DNA from: Eledone cirrhosa
Taxonomy: Eukaryota
Direction of reading: 5' to 3'
DNA: 64,000 nucleotides
Assembly: GCA_964016885.1 (NCBI GenBank)
Contig: OZ024741.1
Span: 299,832,001 to 299,896,000, forward strand
In this document: positions 14,321-28,441 of the stretch, piece by piece
Position numbering within the stretch: the stretch's first letter is position 1
How the letters are laid out: each line of letters starts with the position of its first letter
Program-made: the position numbers and the translations under genes
Notes under the pieces: model-generated
Seen by the model: the letters and a program-made list of their open reading frames with translations, nothing else
Told to the model about the DNA's origin: nothing
Database searches by the model: none

Positions 14321-15760
14321 ACTATATTTTGAAACATGCAAATATGCGACTATAAGCCAAGGTAATTATCTTAAATTAACCCGGAGATGATCATGATTGT
14401 GGCTACTTCACTATTAACTTTAATTGACCAAGCACACATATATGTTTTAAAGAGACACATTTCCTGAATGACGTTACTTTATGCATGGTTCCTTTTTATG
14501 ATGTTTAGGTGTGATGTGTAACCCTACTGAGCTGCTATTTCTAGCATAACTAACGGCCTTATGAAGCCTTCATTTGGATCTTCATTGCTATTAACTCTGT
14601 AGCTATGTGTTATGCGTTCACGAAGTTATGGTCATTATTCTGAATACAATGATAATATCCATGAATATTGATTAAACGTATCAACACTCACAAAATAAAT
14701 CTTAAAGCAGTAGTAGAATGCAGTTGCATATATAACATGTGCTAAATGTTGCAAAGTACGCCATGTTAAAAAAGTTAAGTATTCCACTATCAATCGTATA
14801 TAAAATGTCTGTAATAAGTGGTTGTTTGATCAAAGGGAACAGAGAATAATGTTGTGTTGAAATGTTAGTTATTATAATAAACTATACATCGAATATGAAA
14901 AGAAGAGAATAAATATAGAATTATAGAAAATCGCTTATTATACAAGCTGAAATCAGACACTCCTAAAACAGGTTTTATGTTATGTGCTATTGTTATTAGT
15001 CAACATTTAAAATATAATAAACAAGACAGCAGACAGTATTTATAAAGAAAAACATACATACTCACTTAATGAAAGATCACACACGCACATGCATGTACAT
15101 ACTTAATGCACACACATATATAGATATATAGATACATTTCTTGTTGGACCTTCATCGTTACCGACGACGATAGTTACTGTTGTTTGATCAAAGAAAGAGC
15201 CTACACGGGAAATTGATATGCAGGCGAGGGAATATTCCTCAGACATATGTACCCGGAAAGCATTTCTCATCGATATTCTGTGTAAGAGAGCTAATTAGAC
15301 TGAAGCAGCATGAAATAAAATACCTTGCTCAAGGACTCAGTGTTTCATCTTAAAATTGTGAGCTTTACCTGAAATCACCAAAGCACGTGTCACAAGTTAG
15401 ACATATTAGTTTGGTTATATGCCTGTATCTGTGTGTATCTGTCTATTTCGAAACTCATACTCCTATATGTCCGAGTGATCAATTCTCATTCTAATGTATG
15501 TTGTTGAACCACATCACGTACCTATAGTATTTAAGACTTGTGTATTTGGCAATAATTGATGTCAATCGAAGCTGTCTGCACAATGTCGTGAGTAACACAC
15601 AAACACTCACGCAACACACAAATATGCATTCACACACACACAAACACACACACACACCCACATACGCACACGCACACACAAACACACATACACACCCACT
15701 ACGCACACACACACACACATACACACACACATGCGCACACACACACACACATACACACAT

Positions 15761-15824
<64 letters not shown>

Positions 15825-15909
15825 GAGTTAAGATTCAATGAGTATGTCAAAGAATGAGTTTTACAGTAGATTGGAAGCACTCTATGGAAAAATAAATTTC
15901 CAGAGGTAT

Positions 15910-16205
15910 TAATATTAAAATACAAATATTAATAAAATAGAGGTTCTTTTTATCAATTACATTTTATTATACATATTTCAGATGTACAACAGTACGTCCT
16001 CATCAGACACAATATAATGATACATTATATGATACTGAGATGTTAAGTGGTTAAGATTAAATATTAACCATTTAACATCTCAGGGTATGTGATGTATCAT
16101 TATATTTTGTCTGATGAGGACGTACTGTTGTACATCTGAAATATGTATAATAAAATGTAATTGATAAAAAGAACATCTATTTTATTAATATTTGTATTTT
16201 AATAT

Positions 16206-16207
<2 letters not shown>
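15910..16207. repeat. Fold-back inverted repeat, ~145-bp arms, ~9-nt loop, one HHR motif per arm
   Basis: 15910-16054 is the reverse complement of 16064-16207. Confidence 0.92.
16099..16157 (+). ncRNA. Type I hammerhead-like motif (mirror copy on - strand at 15960-16019)
   Basis: CTGATGA-GGACGTAC tgtt GTACATCT-GAAA-TATG-TA. Stem II pairs 7 of 8; stem I register is imperfect. Confidence 0.6.
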
Positions 16208-16238
<31 letters not shown>

Positions 16239-16275
16239 TGAAGATTAACATGGTCGACAGTACAAACATTATTTA

Positions 16276-16384
16276 CAGTCTTACAATTGTTTCCATGATA
16301 GAGTTGTCTATAAATTGCTAAATACTGGAGACAGTATAATTCAATTTACAATACATATAACCTCAATCATTTCATCAGAAACTA
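16276..16384 (-). ncRNA. Type I hammerhead motif with long stem II insertion, at a PLE 3' end
   Basis: Reverse complement: TAGTTT-CTGATGA-A ATGAT...ATCAT G-GAAA-CAATTG-TA^AGACTG. Stem III is the palindrome ACAATTGT. Confidence 0.6.
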
Positions 16385-16938
16385 TTAAGAAATATAAAAT
16401 ATATGCGTAACGGTAAACTTAAAAATTCAAATCACTACATCAATAATAGTATTAATGATAAATAAATAAAGGAAGGGCGACAGATGGAAATGAGAGAGAA
16501 AGAAAGAAAATGACGAAAGAAGGAACGAAGATATAGTTAAATGTATAACCGCCAAAGTTACGAAATCAAACTATCACATCAAAATAAATATAATATTAAT
16601 AATAATAAAGATATATATAGAAAGAAAGAAGGGGGATATAGCATAGGCAGAGAGGAAGGATAAGTAAGGGAGATGAGAAAGAAATAGAGGAAGATTAAGA
16701 GGAAGCAGAGGGGGATAGAAATTAAACATGAATATAGGGATATGATGGAGAGAAAAAATAAAATAAACATACGGACGAATATACGTTACTATGTAATATA
16801 GCTAGTTTCAGATGTATTATATCATAGGATAAAATGATCGAGATAAAATATGTTTAAGTGGAGAAATGCAAAGACAAATGGTGAAAGGTGTATATATATA
16901 TAAGATAATAAATGATGTAAATGCAAATAAAATAAAAC

Positions 16939-17129
16939 TAATTGTTTCTACTTTAGGCACAAGGCCAGCAATAACTCAGTGCATTACTGGTACTTTATTT
17001 TATCGACCCCGTAAGGATGAAAGGCAAAATCAACCTCGGCGGGATTTGAACTCAGATCGTAAAGGGACGTAACTATGCTGGAAAGCATGGCGTCCGACCC
17101 TCTACCGATACTGCCAATCCACCGCCCTT
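16939..17129 (-). mobile_element. tRNA-derived SINE, major family, inserted in the PLE tail
   Basis: Near-consensus copy with aataaaataaaa flanks that look like a target-site duplication (TSD). Confidence 0.9.
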
Positions 17130-18209
17130 AATAAAATAAAAATAATGATGTAAATACAAATGTTCTTAGGTTATTATTACGTAATTATGAAGTTTGTGAT
17201 AATTTGATATCGTAATAGGTGCTAAAAGTATAAAAAGCAATAAGGAGTATAAAATGGAGTTAAGTTGGTCTAAAGTTCAGGAAGTTCGTTGCTGATTTAT
17301 GCCGACAAAAGATAGTTCGCTCAATTCTGCTGTTAAGAACGGTTTTACTAAGATTAAGAATTCGGAACTGCTACATATTATAATGCCTGCATTCCTAAGT
17401 TGCCATATTTTGTTGGCAAAAAAATATGGCAACTAAGGAATGCAGGCATTAAATACGAGATCAGTTGGAAAATTCTGCCAACTTCTAAGGCCTATCAAAC
17501 TGGTATATCCCATTGTAGGCTCTGTAATATGGAGCTCTTCCAAATTTTTAATTTTAGTAAAACCCTTTTTATTGATTTTTCACATTCAAGTTTTCACGTG
17601 CATTAAGAATAAGGTTTGCACTTACCCAACAAAGAGAAATACATTCTTAGTTTAATGATAAGGAATGAAACAAAAACCACATAATATCTCAGGTTGAGTG
17701 ATATGTTGAGAATATGAAAATGTAACTGGCAGTGTATATATGTATATATATTATAGGATTTAATACCCGAAGGTCAAGCTTGAACGGGCAATATATCCAA
17801 TAGTATCTTCTATATACGTTGATAATTGTGGAGTACCAACTGGAATAATGATCTTACTGGCTATATATATATATATATGAACAATGAGTACTTCAGTGCA
17901 ATATATGATTATTACCTAACGACGGTTTCTGTAACAACCCTGCTTACAGATTTATTATTAAGTAAATGTTCATACATAGAGGCGTACATAAATAATTATA
18001 GTCTGACATGAAGGGATATTCAAATTCATCAGACAGTTATAAACAGCAATGAATCAGAATCAATATGTTGCTAATTATATCGAAAGTACCGTTACACATC
18101 CCGATAAACATATGAAAAAATATATGACATAGAAAAAGTAAATACACAAGAAAGGAAGAAAGAGAAAGAAAAAGAAAAGAATTCAATACGTCCCATCCTC
18201 TCTGTCTGT

Positions 18210-18333
<124 letters not shown>

Positions 18334-18378
18334 TGAAAAATAAGGCAAATATTGTTAACTTTCGTATATATACATATA

Positions 18379-18443
<65 letters not shown>

Positions 18444-18538
18444 TTAAAACAATGAAATAAAAATTCAAGTCATTAGAAATATACTTCACTGCTTTACGAT
18501 CGTTTCTAGGTGATGATAATACATCGTAACCATATTTC

Positions 18539-19809
18539 GTTATCGATCTATGTAAGGTTAGTTACAAAATATCAAATAAGGAAAATATTTACTTACATGC
18601 ATATCACAAGCTGTTGTCAAAAGCAATGGGAATTTTATTCAAAATTAGTAGTAAATTAGTATTAAATTGAGTTCTATGACCTTATTTTGAGGTAGCTGAA
18701 GAACAAAGCAATCAGACTGTTTTTATTTTCCATATGATGTTAAGATGTAAAATAACTCACTTTAGTTGAAGTCATGACCCTTAGAAAGGAATAGTTGAAT
18801 GGCGTTAACAATATACTTGCTATAAAGAATCTATGAGGAATAGTCATATTGATAGTTGAATGTATACGGTATAGTGAAGTTTAAAAGGAATGTAAAAATG
18901 AAATGTTGAGTTGTGTTCTATGGAGTTTTTAGGTTAATATGAATTATGGCCATGACCAGGTAAGATAGTATATTAGAAGATGAAGATTATAATAAGATAA
19001 TGAAATATAGTAATACAATAATATAATGTAATATAATATAGTACGGAGTGGTACATTGTACATAATATAATACAGCGTATGATACGCCTTAAAATACTTT
19101 CAAGTATGTCCATGTATCAATAATCAAACTCAGATAAATGCATGTTAACATATAGTCAAAACGCATAAATTTCATAGATCACAAAGTGCATATACCCACA
19201 TTATAGATAGAGGTATAGTTATATTGATACTCAATTAAAAACATACGTACGCATAAATATATGTAAACATATACATACATCTACATATGTGCACACAATC
19301 ATATACATACATATATATATGTACACACACATACATGTACACACACACAAAAACACCCATATACATGTACACGCATATACATATATACACACACATATAT
19401 ATATATATATATTCTCATATCATACATACACAGATACATATTTACTCATGCAATTAGGGGTGGTTGTGTATCGTGTTGCCTTTAGTCATTAAAGCATAAA
19501 TCTAAGGAAGCTAAAAAATTAAAAGGTAAGAAATAAGCATGGATGCGTATAATTAGGGGAAATGGATACTAACAAATGTTACGTTACATAGAATTATAGC
19601 TAGTTGCTATTTAGATTATTTAATTAGGTTTATATTATTTAAATGTTTTTCGTATAAGGTGATTACAAACTATAATCAGTTCCTGTCCTTTATTCAATAA
19701 ATCGTCCTTAGATTTATTAATTTCTAAATTACTAAATCAGTCTATATGCATGTAAGTAAATATTTTCCTTATCTGATATGTTGTAACTAACCTTACATAG
19801 ATCGATAAC
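18539..19809. repeat. Inverted repeat pair 18539-18604 / 19744-19809
   Basis: gttatcgatctatgtaaggttagttaca.. versus ..tgtaactaaccttacatagatcgataac. A degenerate HHR 3' half (GAAA-CGATCG-TA, - strand) lies at ~18490-18506. Confidence 0.8.
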
Positions 19810-19944
19810 TTATATCATGACTCTGTTTTCCTTTTAATATTATATTGTTTTCCGGGATTTATATTAACCTACAACATTTTCAACATATGGATTACATTGA
19901 GTTCTTCTCGCAGACTAGACCCCAAAAGTTACCGTGGATAATTC

Positions 19945-20024
<80 letters not shown>

Positions 20025-20031
20025 TATATAT

Positions 20032-20097
<66 letters not shown>

Positions 20098-20330
20098 ACA
20101 CATACATACATACACACACACACACATACGCACACACACACGTGTATATATATATATATCGAGAGAGAGAGAGGGGTAGTGGGGATACATACATGCATTT
20201 GTCTTTCAGGAGGGATGTCGGCATATATATATATGTGTGTGTGAATGTGTGTGCATACATGTGTGTGTGTGTCTGAGTGTGTGTGTGTGTGTGTGTGCGC
20301 GTGAGTGTCTTGTTTTGTGTTTGTGTGTGT

Positions 20331-20367
<37 letters not shown>

Positions 20368-20774
20368 TGTATTTGTGTGTGTGTGTGTGTGTGTGTGCAC
20401 GCCTGTGTGCACGCGTGTGTAGTCGTGTGCGTGTATGCGTGTGTGTGTGTGTACATGTGCATTGAATATAGCATAAATCGATAAAAACAACCTTGAAATA
20501 AGTTTCGCAGGTCCACTTACATTTTTATGCAGTAATACATTATTGTTTCTATTCATATTTCATTCTTTCATTTTTCTCCTTATTACCTAGACATATTCCA
20601 AATCACATTTATTTCACTTGGCAATGAAGTTAAAATACATGTCTCTACGGACGTATGTCCGTGGAAGTGTGTGTTTGTTTATATAACTGTGCGCGTAAGC
20701 ACACACACACTTATACTGTCTCACACAAACACCTACATTCACTCACACACACATACACACACACACATATATAT

Positions 20775-21570
20775 ATCATCATCATCATCATCATTTTACG
20801 CCCGCTTTTCTCTGCTTGCAAGGGTTGGACGGGTCCTATTCAGTACAGCATCTCTCCACTTTTCACGGTCCTTCGTCATCGGTGAGTTTCAGCGATCTGA
20901 GGTCTGCTCTCACCACCTCCGCCTATGTTTTTCGTGGTCTACCTCTACTGCATCTTCCCTCCACTGGGACTTCCTGGCACTTTTTCACCCAGCGGTCATC
21001 CTCCATGCGAATCACATGTCCATAACATCTCAGCCTTCTTTCCTATACACCACAACTTATCCCACTTATACCCAGTTTCTTTCTCAACTCGTTTATGCCT
21101 GGTCGTTCGCGCACATTGACATTGCACATGCAGCGGAGCATACTTGCTTCATTTTTCTCCAGCCGTGGCATATCTTCTGCAGTTGCTGCGTAAATCACAC
21201 TACCATGCAGCATCGCGCATCCCACACAGGCATCATATAACCGTCCTTTCTTACGCAGGGAGAAACCCTTCTTTGTCAACAGAAGAAGCAGCTCTCTAAA
21301 CTTCTTCCAACCCGTCCTTATTCTTGATACTATGGCCTCGGAACACCCCCCCTCCCATGCTAATCTAATCACCTAGGTACAGGAAGCTATCAACCACTTC
21401 TATAGAACCCACCTGCATTGGAGAAATGAGTCTATCACAGCGATTACTACTGCCAACTTTCCCTGTACATCTACTGCATACGTAGTTTTCCCTACCTGTT
21501 AGTTTGCCTGCTATCCCACTAGATCTCTCGTGTTCCCAAGATCTGCATTGCCTTCATTTTATGGAATGTA
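20775..21570 (-). mobile_element. RTE-clade LINE 3' fragment with (ATG)n tail
   Basis: ORF 21043-21372 SRIRTGWKKFREL...KGRLYDACV..MLHGS..RLEKNEASMLR; (CAT)n at ~20775-20793. Confidence 0.88.
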
Positions 21571-21588
21571 TGCCAGTTCCTTTCCTAC

Positions 21589-21689
<101 letters not shown>

Positions 21690-21721
21690 TGAGGAAAACC
21701 ACAAACCCACCATCTCAATTC

Positions 21722-21759
21722 TACTTTTGAAAAGTAGAACTGCGAAACAGGTAAAGAAA
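21722..21759 (+). ncRNA. Hammerhead motif, U3-A8 variant, family A copy 2
   Basis: TACTT-TTGAAAA-GTAG AA CTGC-GAAA-CAGG-TA^AAG, inside a dispersed ~135-bp repeat (21690-21825) between (TA)n tracts. Confidence 0.6.
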
Positions 21760-21822
21760 CGAAATAAATATATATTTCTTTAAAAAAAGATTCCAGTTGC
21801 ACTTTCGAATTCACCTTTTTTC

Positions 21823-21959
<137 letters not shown>

Positions 21960-22567
21960 CGAGAGAGAGAGAGAGAGAGAGTGAGAGAGAGAGAGAGAGA
22001 GAGATATGAGCGTATGTGTGTATGTGTGTGTATGTATGTGTATGTGTGTGTATGTGTGTTTGAGAAACATTTTGTGGTACGAACATCTTGAGAACATTGA
22101 ACACTGTGACAGTCCTTTCTAATAACAGAAAGTTTTATTATGTCTTTTTTTTCTATAATATTTCGATTTGTAGATATCTTTGTACAACAATGAATATCGG
22201 TTTCTTTTTTCTCAAGCTCCAGCGTTCTATTACTAACAATTCCTTTTTAGATGAAAGGCAAAAGTGACTACTACAGTTTTATGACTTTGTAATAAAAAGT
22301 GAACGTTCACAGCGGTTAAAGATAATTTCTCGATTTTCAATTATTTTCTCACTCTGTAATGCGAAAAACAGCCAGGTAGTGAGCAGAAATGTCTATGTCA
22401 CAATCATCCTGGTTAGCTGTAATACGATTTCAAAATTAGTATGGCTAGTCACCTTGAAGCATCGTAATGTATAATGTTCAACAGAAATGTGAACACTTTA
22501 ATAATGCAATTTGTATTAAGAAAAAATTATACTATTTATTTTGTTTTGTATATCATTTCGATTTAAG

Positions 22568-22643
22568 CTGTGTTTTCGAGCAGTACAGTGGAAAAATAAT
22601 TAATAAGAAAATCGAAACAGTTATTATAGAGCCTGGAAGAAAA
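22568..22643 (+). CDS. Candidate host exon, (x)CVFEQYSGKIINKKIETVIIEPGRK
   Basis: Pyrimidine-rich tract plus aag| acceptor, strong |gtgagt donor, open frame ending in phase 0, non-repetitive sequence. Confidence 0.5.
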
Positions 22644-23844
22644 GTGAGTATTATTTTTCAAATGATGTTCAGAATCTTTTCGTTTTGAAGTGATATATTA
22701 AATATTTACCTAAATAAAATAGATTTCACACATGATACCCACACATTTAAGTGGTTTTCAATCTAGAATTCTACGGAAATACAAGCTTTTTAAATTAAAA
22801 CAACAAAGTAAATAATAAGAAAGTAAATATCCTATTTCCACGCATAGTTTGATTGCGCATTTAATACCTGGCACAATCCATCCTTATGCATGTCGTATCA
22901 GAGACAATTTGAGCCTGACAAAGAGAGTGACAAATAAAGGATCAACCAAACTCTATTTACCGACCATCCAAAAATATATAAATAAATGAATAAAAAGGCG
23001 AAAGCCAAAGTTGAGCCAAGAACAAATACCGAAGCAGTTTAAATCCAAAGTACAAACGACGCTGTCAATTCGAAACCTAAGAAGCAATTAACGAATTCTA
23101 ATTTTCCTTTTTATGGAAGAAATTTCAAATTGCTACAGTTAAAATATCAGCGAAAGTGCTATTTCTACTATTGTATATGTGTGTAAGGACGCGTAGCTAA
23201 CGAGGAAGTCGGTGGACAGCCTCATTGACATACGACGTATCTAGGGCATTTTTTAAACCTGGCGAAACCCATCCCCTTTCTAGATCTAAATGCAGCAGAT
23301 TTCTCCCAGAAAAGAATAGAGAGTGAGTGAATGGACGTGAGAACGGGATATCGAAGAGGTATCGACCTCAGTACGTTTTTCATCGAATTCGAATAAATAA
23401 AGAACACATTTGACTTTGGTGGGATTGAACTCAAGGAACATAGAGCCGAAACGAGTATCACAAAGCATTCTGTCCGACATTCTAACGCCAATTCTAGTCT
23501 TAAAGTTAATATCAGAAATCGTTAAGAAAACCACTGGAACAGTTACACCAAATTAATTGAAAATTTGAAGCATTTCGAAATAAGATTTAATATATTCTTA
23601 AGGGAATTGACATGTGATATTCATATCATAAATATCTTTAGCGATGTTGCCTTCCAGTAGTCATACATGTATAGGTGTTAGTGGTGATTATCTCATTAGT
23701 TTTTATAATAACAGGTTTATGAAACGTCTAAAATAATGTTTTATAGATTTCGTTTTTTATCATGCAGTTTTTCTTCTAAGCATCTCATTACGGTATTTAG
23801 AGATGTTGGTTCAAAATTAGTACAACTGTTTCTATAATTTGTAG

Positions 23845-23976
23845 GTATTCTTCCCATATGAAAATAATGTAGTATTCTCTAGAATAAGTATGACAGGTTC
23901 TAACTGGTACTCGCCTCTTCGTGGTATTCTCGATAATATTTCAAAGCCCATATTTCCAGGTCAGCTGGAATATTAG
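23845..23976 (+). CDS. Candidate host exon, VFFPYENNVVFSRISMTGSNWYSPLRGILDNISKPIFPGQLEY* (3' end uncertain)
   Basis: tttctataatttgtag| acceptor, phase 0 matching the previous exon, 43 open codons. Alternative donors at ~23887 and ~23959. Confidence 0.45.
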   Translation, partial: VFFPYENNVVFSRISMTGSNWYSPLRGILDNISKPIFPGQLEY

Positions 23977-24238
23977 GGTCAAGGATTTCTCTATCAAAGC
24001 TAATTAACATAGATTTGTTTTGCGTAGACGAGACAGAAAATCAATATGATTTAGAATGAAAGAGAATGTGTTGGTATAAATGGATGTGAAAATGATGACA
24101 ATAAACTTAGACGGTTAGTAGGATATGTTGCACTAGCCATGATATTGCTAAATTTGTTGATCTTTCTGTTCGTAGTAAATCTAAATCTTCATTGATTTGT
24201 TCTTTCATTGCACTTTTGATTTCCGTTGAATATATATA

Positions 24239-25116
24239 AACGAGGTGTGTTCCCGGACTGATGTAACAAAATACATATTTCAAACCCAAACTTCACACTA
24301 ACAGTTTTCTCCTTCAAAGTAATCCCCTGGAGCCTAATGCACTTTTCCATCCTTTTCTGCCACGCTTGCATGCACTCCTGGAAGGATTCTTCCGGGATCC
24401 TCCGCAGTTCCGTGGTCACGGCCTTTTTGATGTCGTCCACCTCTTCAAAACGGGTCCCCTCCGGATCGTACTCAAAGGTCCATGACTCATCACCGGTGAT
24501 GACTGTCCCTAGCAAGTCTGGTTTGGTTTCAAGACGCTCGAGGATGTCCTGGCACACTTGCATGCGTCGAACCTTCTGGTCATCGTTCAGCAGTTTTGGC
24601 ACCATTTTCGCGCAGACTTGCCGCATGTCCAAATCTTCAGTGAGAATCTTCCAGACGCTGTCCCGATTCATGCCAAACTCATTTGCCATCAGTCAAACAA
24701 CCAGCCGACGATCGATACGCACCATCTGCCTGACGCGCTCAACGTTGACCTCAGTCCTGGTTGTTGAGGGCCTTCTCCTCCTGGGGTCATCTTGCACCAC
24801 TCAAAATCACGTGAGCGTGACATCGTCTCATCTCCATACACTTGCTGCAACATCCCAGTTCTTCTGACGGAGTTTCCCCAACCGTACCATAAACTTCAAG
24901 TTTGTCCGTTGCTCTGTGCTCATTGCTTGACGATCTGAAACAGAGGACATAAATATAAAATTATGAAGAAAAAATGTTGATCGCTGCAGAGAGCTAAGAT
25001 TACAGTTACATACCGCAGGGGGGTTACTTTTAAGGAGAAAACTCTTAATGTGAAGTTTGGGTTTGAAATAAATCTTTTGTGACATCAGTCCTGGAACTTT
25101 TCTGACACATCTCATA
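24239..25116 (-). mobile_element. Mariner (Tc1/mariner) element, internally deleted, ~70-bp TIRs
   Basis: TIRs cgaggtgtgt..ggactgatgtaacaaaa..tttcaaacccaaacttcaca at both ends with TA context. Transposase MSTEQRTNLKFMVRLGK...VCAKMVPKLL...VITGDESWTFEYDPE, then a deletion, then GTRFEEVDDIK. Confidence 0.92.
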
Positions 25117-25168
25117 TACATTTACACACCCACACTCATGCAAGTATCCACGCACACATATACATATA

Positions 25169-25597
25169 TAATTATTTCTACTTTTGGCACAGCGCCAGCA
25201 ATTATCAAGTACATTACTGGTACTTTGTTTTATCGACCGCGTAAGAATGAAAGGCAAAGTTAACTTCGACGAGATTTGAACTCAGACCGTAGATGGACGT
25301 AACTATGCTAGAAAACATGGCGTCCAACCCTCTACCGATACTGTCAATTCACCTGGAAATTTAACATGCATATATGGTTAAATATTTATTTTGATGACTT
25401 CCATATAGTGTGTTCAATCAACCGCCATCTGAATAAGTATATTTGTTTGGTAAATAATTGTTTCTACTTTTGGAACAAGGCCAGCAATTATCACATTGGA
25501 TTACTGGTGCTTTATTTCATCGACCCCGGAAGGATGAAAGGCAACGTTAACCTCAGCAGTACATAGAGTAACGGCTCTTTACCGATACTGCCAATCT
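25169..25597 (-). mobile_element. Two major-family SINE copies (25169-25353; 25453-25597)
   Basis: Consensus motifs present. Confidence 0.82.
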
Positions 25598-25769
25598 GCA
25601 CAGTATTTCCGATTGCCCGCATTAAATAAATGCAGTTTATTGAGTAAATTAATCGAATTTGATTTAGTAGGCAGTTCTCATCATAGCATATTCTATCATT
25701 TTATCAGCCCCTTGTATGTATGTACGGCTAGCTGTTAGTCTTCTTCTCTGGCAATCTATCTAATTATCT

Positions 25770-26010
25770 CCCTCCAAAGAGTCTTAGGAGTAACGTTACT
25801 CGATAGAATGTGTAGCTCAGAGATCAGAAATTCGCTTCAAGTAGAGCCGCTACTTCTCCTAATTGAGAGATCACAACTCTGCTATTACAGGCATGCTGTT
25901 TGAATGTCACAGAAAGAATCACTGAGCAGATTTTACGAGCAAAACCAAACGGTAGGAAAAGGTTGCATATGACAGGACCCTATTGAAGGATTGTTTGAGG
26001 ACCCAGTCAA

Positions 26011-26092
<82 letters not shown>

Positions 26093-26125
26093 AAGAAGAA
26101 GAAGAAGAAGAAGAAGAAGAAGAAG
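25770..26125 (+). mobile_element. RTE-clade LINE 3' fragment with (AAT)n(AAG)n tail
   Basis: RVLGVTLLDRMCSSEIRNSLQVEPLLLLIERSQLCYYRHAV*MSQ...ILRAKPNGRK. Confidence 0.75.
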
Positions 26126-26299
26126 ACACAATTTGAGAGACCAAAATATTAAAATTAGGCTGATTTTACCGTAAGAGGTAATATACATCCGAGGCTGCAA
26201 CATATCGCATATGTTCCGAAAATGGAAAATGGAATAGCATTTGATGCACTATACATCCCTACATATAAGGGCTTAAATGTGATCAGATATTTATGGCCC

Positions 26300-26562
26300 T
26301 TGCATTCTGTGTTCAAATTCTGCCGAGGTTAAATTTGCCTTTCATCCTTACGAGGTCGATAAAATAAAGCACCAGTACTACACTGGGGTAATTGCTGACC
26401 TTGTGCCAAAAGTAGAAACGATTATTACTGGAACACCCATGCTTTGCAGCATAGAGTTATGACCCTTTACGTTCTGATTTTCATACTTCTGGGGTCGATA
26501 AAATAAACCAACAATAATGCACTGGAGTATTGCTGACCTTCTGTCAAAAGTAGAATTAATTA
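26300..26562 (+). mobile_element. Two truncated major-family SINE copies
   Basis: gttcaaattctgccgagg..tttgcctttcatcc..gtcgataaaataaag. Confidence 0.78.
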
Positions 26563-27136
26563 TTACTGGAACAAGTGAATACGTTTAAAAATATATGGAA
26601 TCTGAATCATTTAAATTTACTTATACTTTAAACACAAATGCAAATTGTGAGAATCTCTGTTCGACTTTCATATGCTTTAGCCTATAGAAAGGTAGGCACA
26701 CTGACTGGAAACACTTCAAGTAATTTCCAGTAGTATATAGATCAGAGCTTTCGAGCATTAGGAACATTTATATGACACTTGGATTATATATCCTAGGAAA
26801 TAGCACATATTTCCGATGTTTTCCACATGGACAATCCAATGTTTTATTCCGTTTCTCTTTGTTTCGCTACTCTAAAAAACTAATGGTCGATTATCTACAT
26901 CGATTAATCAGCCAAAATGAACTATTAGCAATTAAGATGCAAAATAAGGCCGATACCGATTATCTGCCGATTAATTTAGTTCTCGATATCCCTAGATAAA
27001 CTGGCTTTAACATTAAAACTGTAATCGTGGTTGAAACAATATATTCCTTGATAATTTGGGAGAAGTCTACTTCTTGACTTAACCTGTTCAATATGTCTAG
27101 CAAGTATGTAGTCTATAACATGTAAACATCTTGGAG

Positions 27137-27438
27137 ATGGTAATGTGTCTCTATCACTATGTCTTCCTCAAGCCAGGAGGCTCGTCAGGCCGGCGCCATT
27201 CCCGGTTTCTTTGCGTGAAGTGACTGAGAGTACAAGATTCACCCCTGGGCAGGACTCCAGTCCATCACAGAGTTATACCCCAAACATTTGCTGGTACTCG
27301 TTTTCAGTTGAGCATACTGGAGCAAGGTGGAATGAAGGTTTTTGTTTAAGAACACAGCACATAACCAAACAAAGGAATCGAACCCACGACATCATGATCG
27401 TAAGTCCAACATACTTACTACTGGGCCACGAACCTCCA
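27137..27438 (-). mobile_element. tRNA-derived CORE/V-like SINE
   Basis: Reverse complement has A/B boxes (tggcccagtagtaag, gggttcgattcc), a CORE-like segment, then gatggactggagtcctgcccagggg. Confidence 0.75.
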
Positions 27439-27849
27439 ATCGTATTATGCCTTGCCTATAAAGTAACACCCACATAATTGTTTTCTGTGGATCAAAGATT
27501 TTTCATTAAATAAGGATTTACGTTCTTTGTTTAATTATCAGCCAATACAAATAAAATTCTTTAGAAACTCATTACATTCTCTCCAGTCATTCGAAATTGT
27601 CTAGACACAAGTTATCTTATGTATATGGCATTGTTTCGTTTCAATTTATATATTTCTAGCTGGTAAATGAATTATCAAGTGTTTGTATAGTCTTACATAA
27701 TGTTATTATTTTCTGTTAATCCAAAATGTCGGAGCAGATTCACTACTTTCTTAGGATTAAGTTCGGCAATCATGGTTATTAAAAAGTAGATGAGTTTTAT
27801 AGGCAGTAACTGGAAAATCTTTACGTAGTGAGCAGAGTTTGCTGGATTA

Positions 27850-28029
27850 AATAATTGTTTCTACTTTTGGCACAAGGCCAGTAATTATCTCAGTGTATTA
27901 CTGGTAGTTTATTTTATCGACCCCGAATGGATGTAAGGCAAACTTAACCTCGGCGGGATTTGAACTCATATCATAATGGGCCGTAACTCTGTGCTGCAAG
28001 GCATGGCGTCCGACCCTCTACCGATACTA
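27850..28029 (-). mobile_element. tRNA-derived SINE, major family
   Basis: Consensus motifs present. Confidence 0.85.
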
Positions 28030-28106
28030 TTTTCTACCGTCTGTTGACTTGGTAGAACATATAACTAGCTAACCCCATGGAAATTTCACCAACCATTTAT
28101 ATATAT

Positions 28107-28162
<56 letters not shown>

Positions 28163-28165
28163 CTA

Positions 28166-28441
28166 AAGTCTAAAGTCTGTCTTAAGCTAGAATGCTCATT
28201 TGGCCGTTTCTTATCCCGCTTCCATGGCGTGAAGCGACTGAGAGTACAAGACCCCCCCCCCCTGGACAGGACGCCAGTCCATCGCAGGGTCAAACCTCCA
28301 GCTATTGCTGGTAATCATATGTAGCTGAGTATACTGGAGCAACGTGAAATAAAGTGTTTTGCTCAAGAACACAACACGCAACTCAGGAATCGAGCCCACG
28401 ACTTTATGATCGTAAGTCCAACACCCTTACCACTAGGCCAC
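28166..28441 (-). mobile_element. tRNA-derived CORE/V-like SINE
   Basis: Homologous to 27137-27438 (ctgcgatggactggcgtcctgtccagggg on the - strand). Confidence 0.8.

Larger units (their letters stand above)
16240..17660. mobile_element. Two head-to-head Penelope-like 3' fragments (GIY-YIG C-terminal region), junction ~17415
   Basis: + strand KIWQLRNAGIKYEISWKILPTSKAYQTGISHCRLCNMELFQI is the PLE endonuclease tail. The - strand carries a deleted homolog (..LNSRIERTIFCRHKS) running toward the HHR at 16276. Confidence 0.75.
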
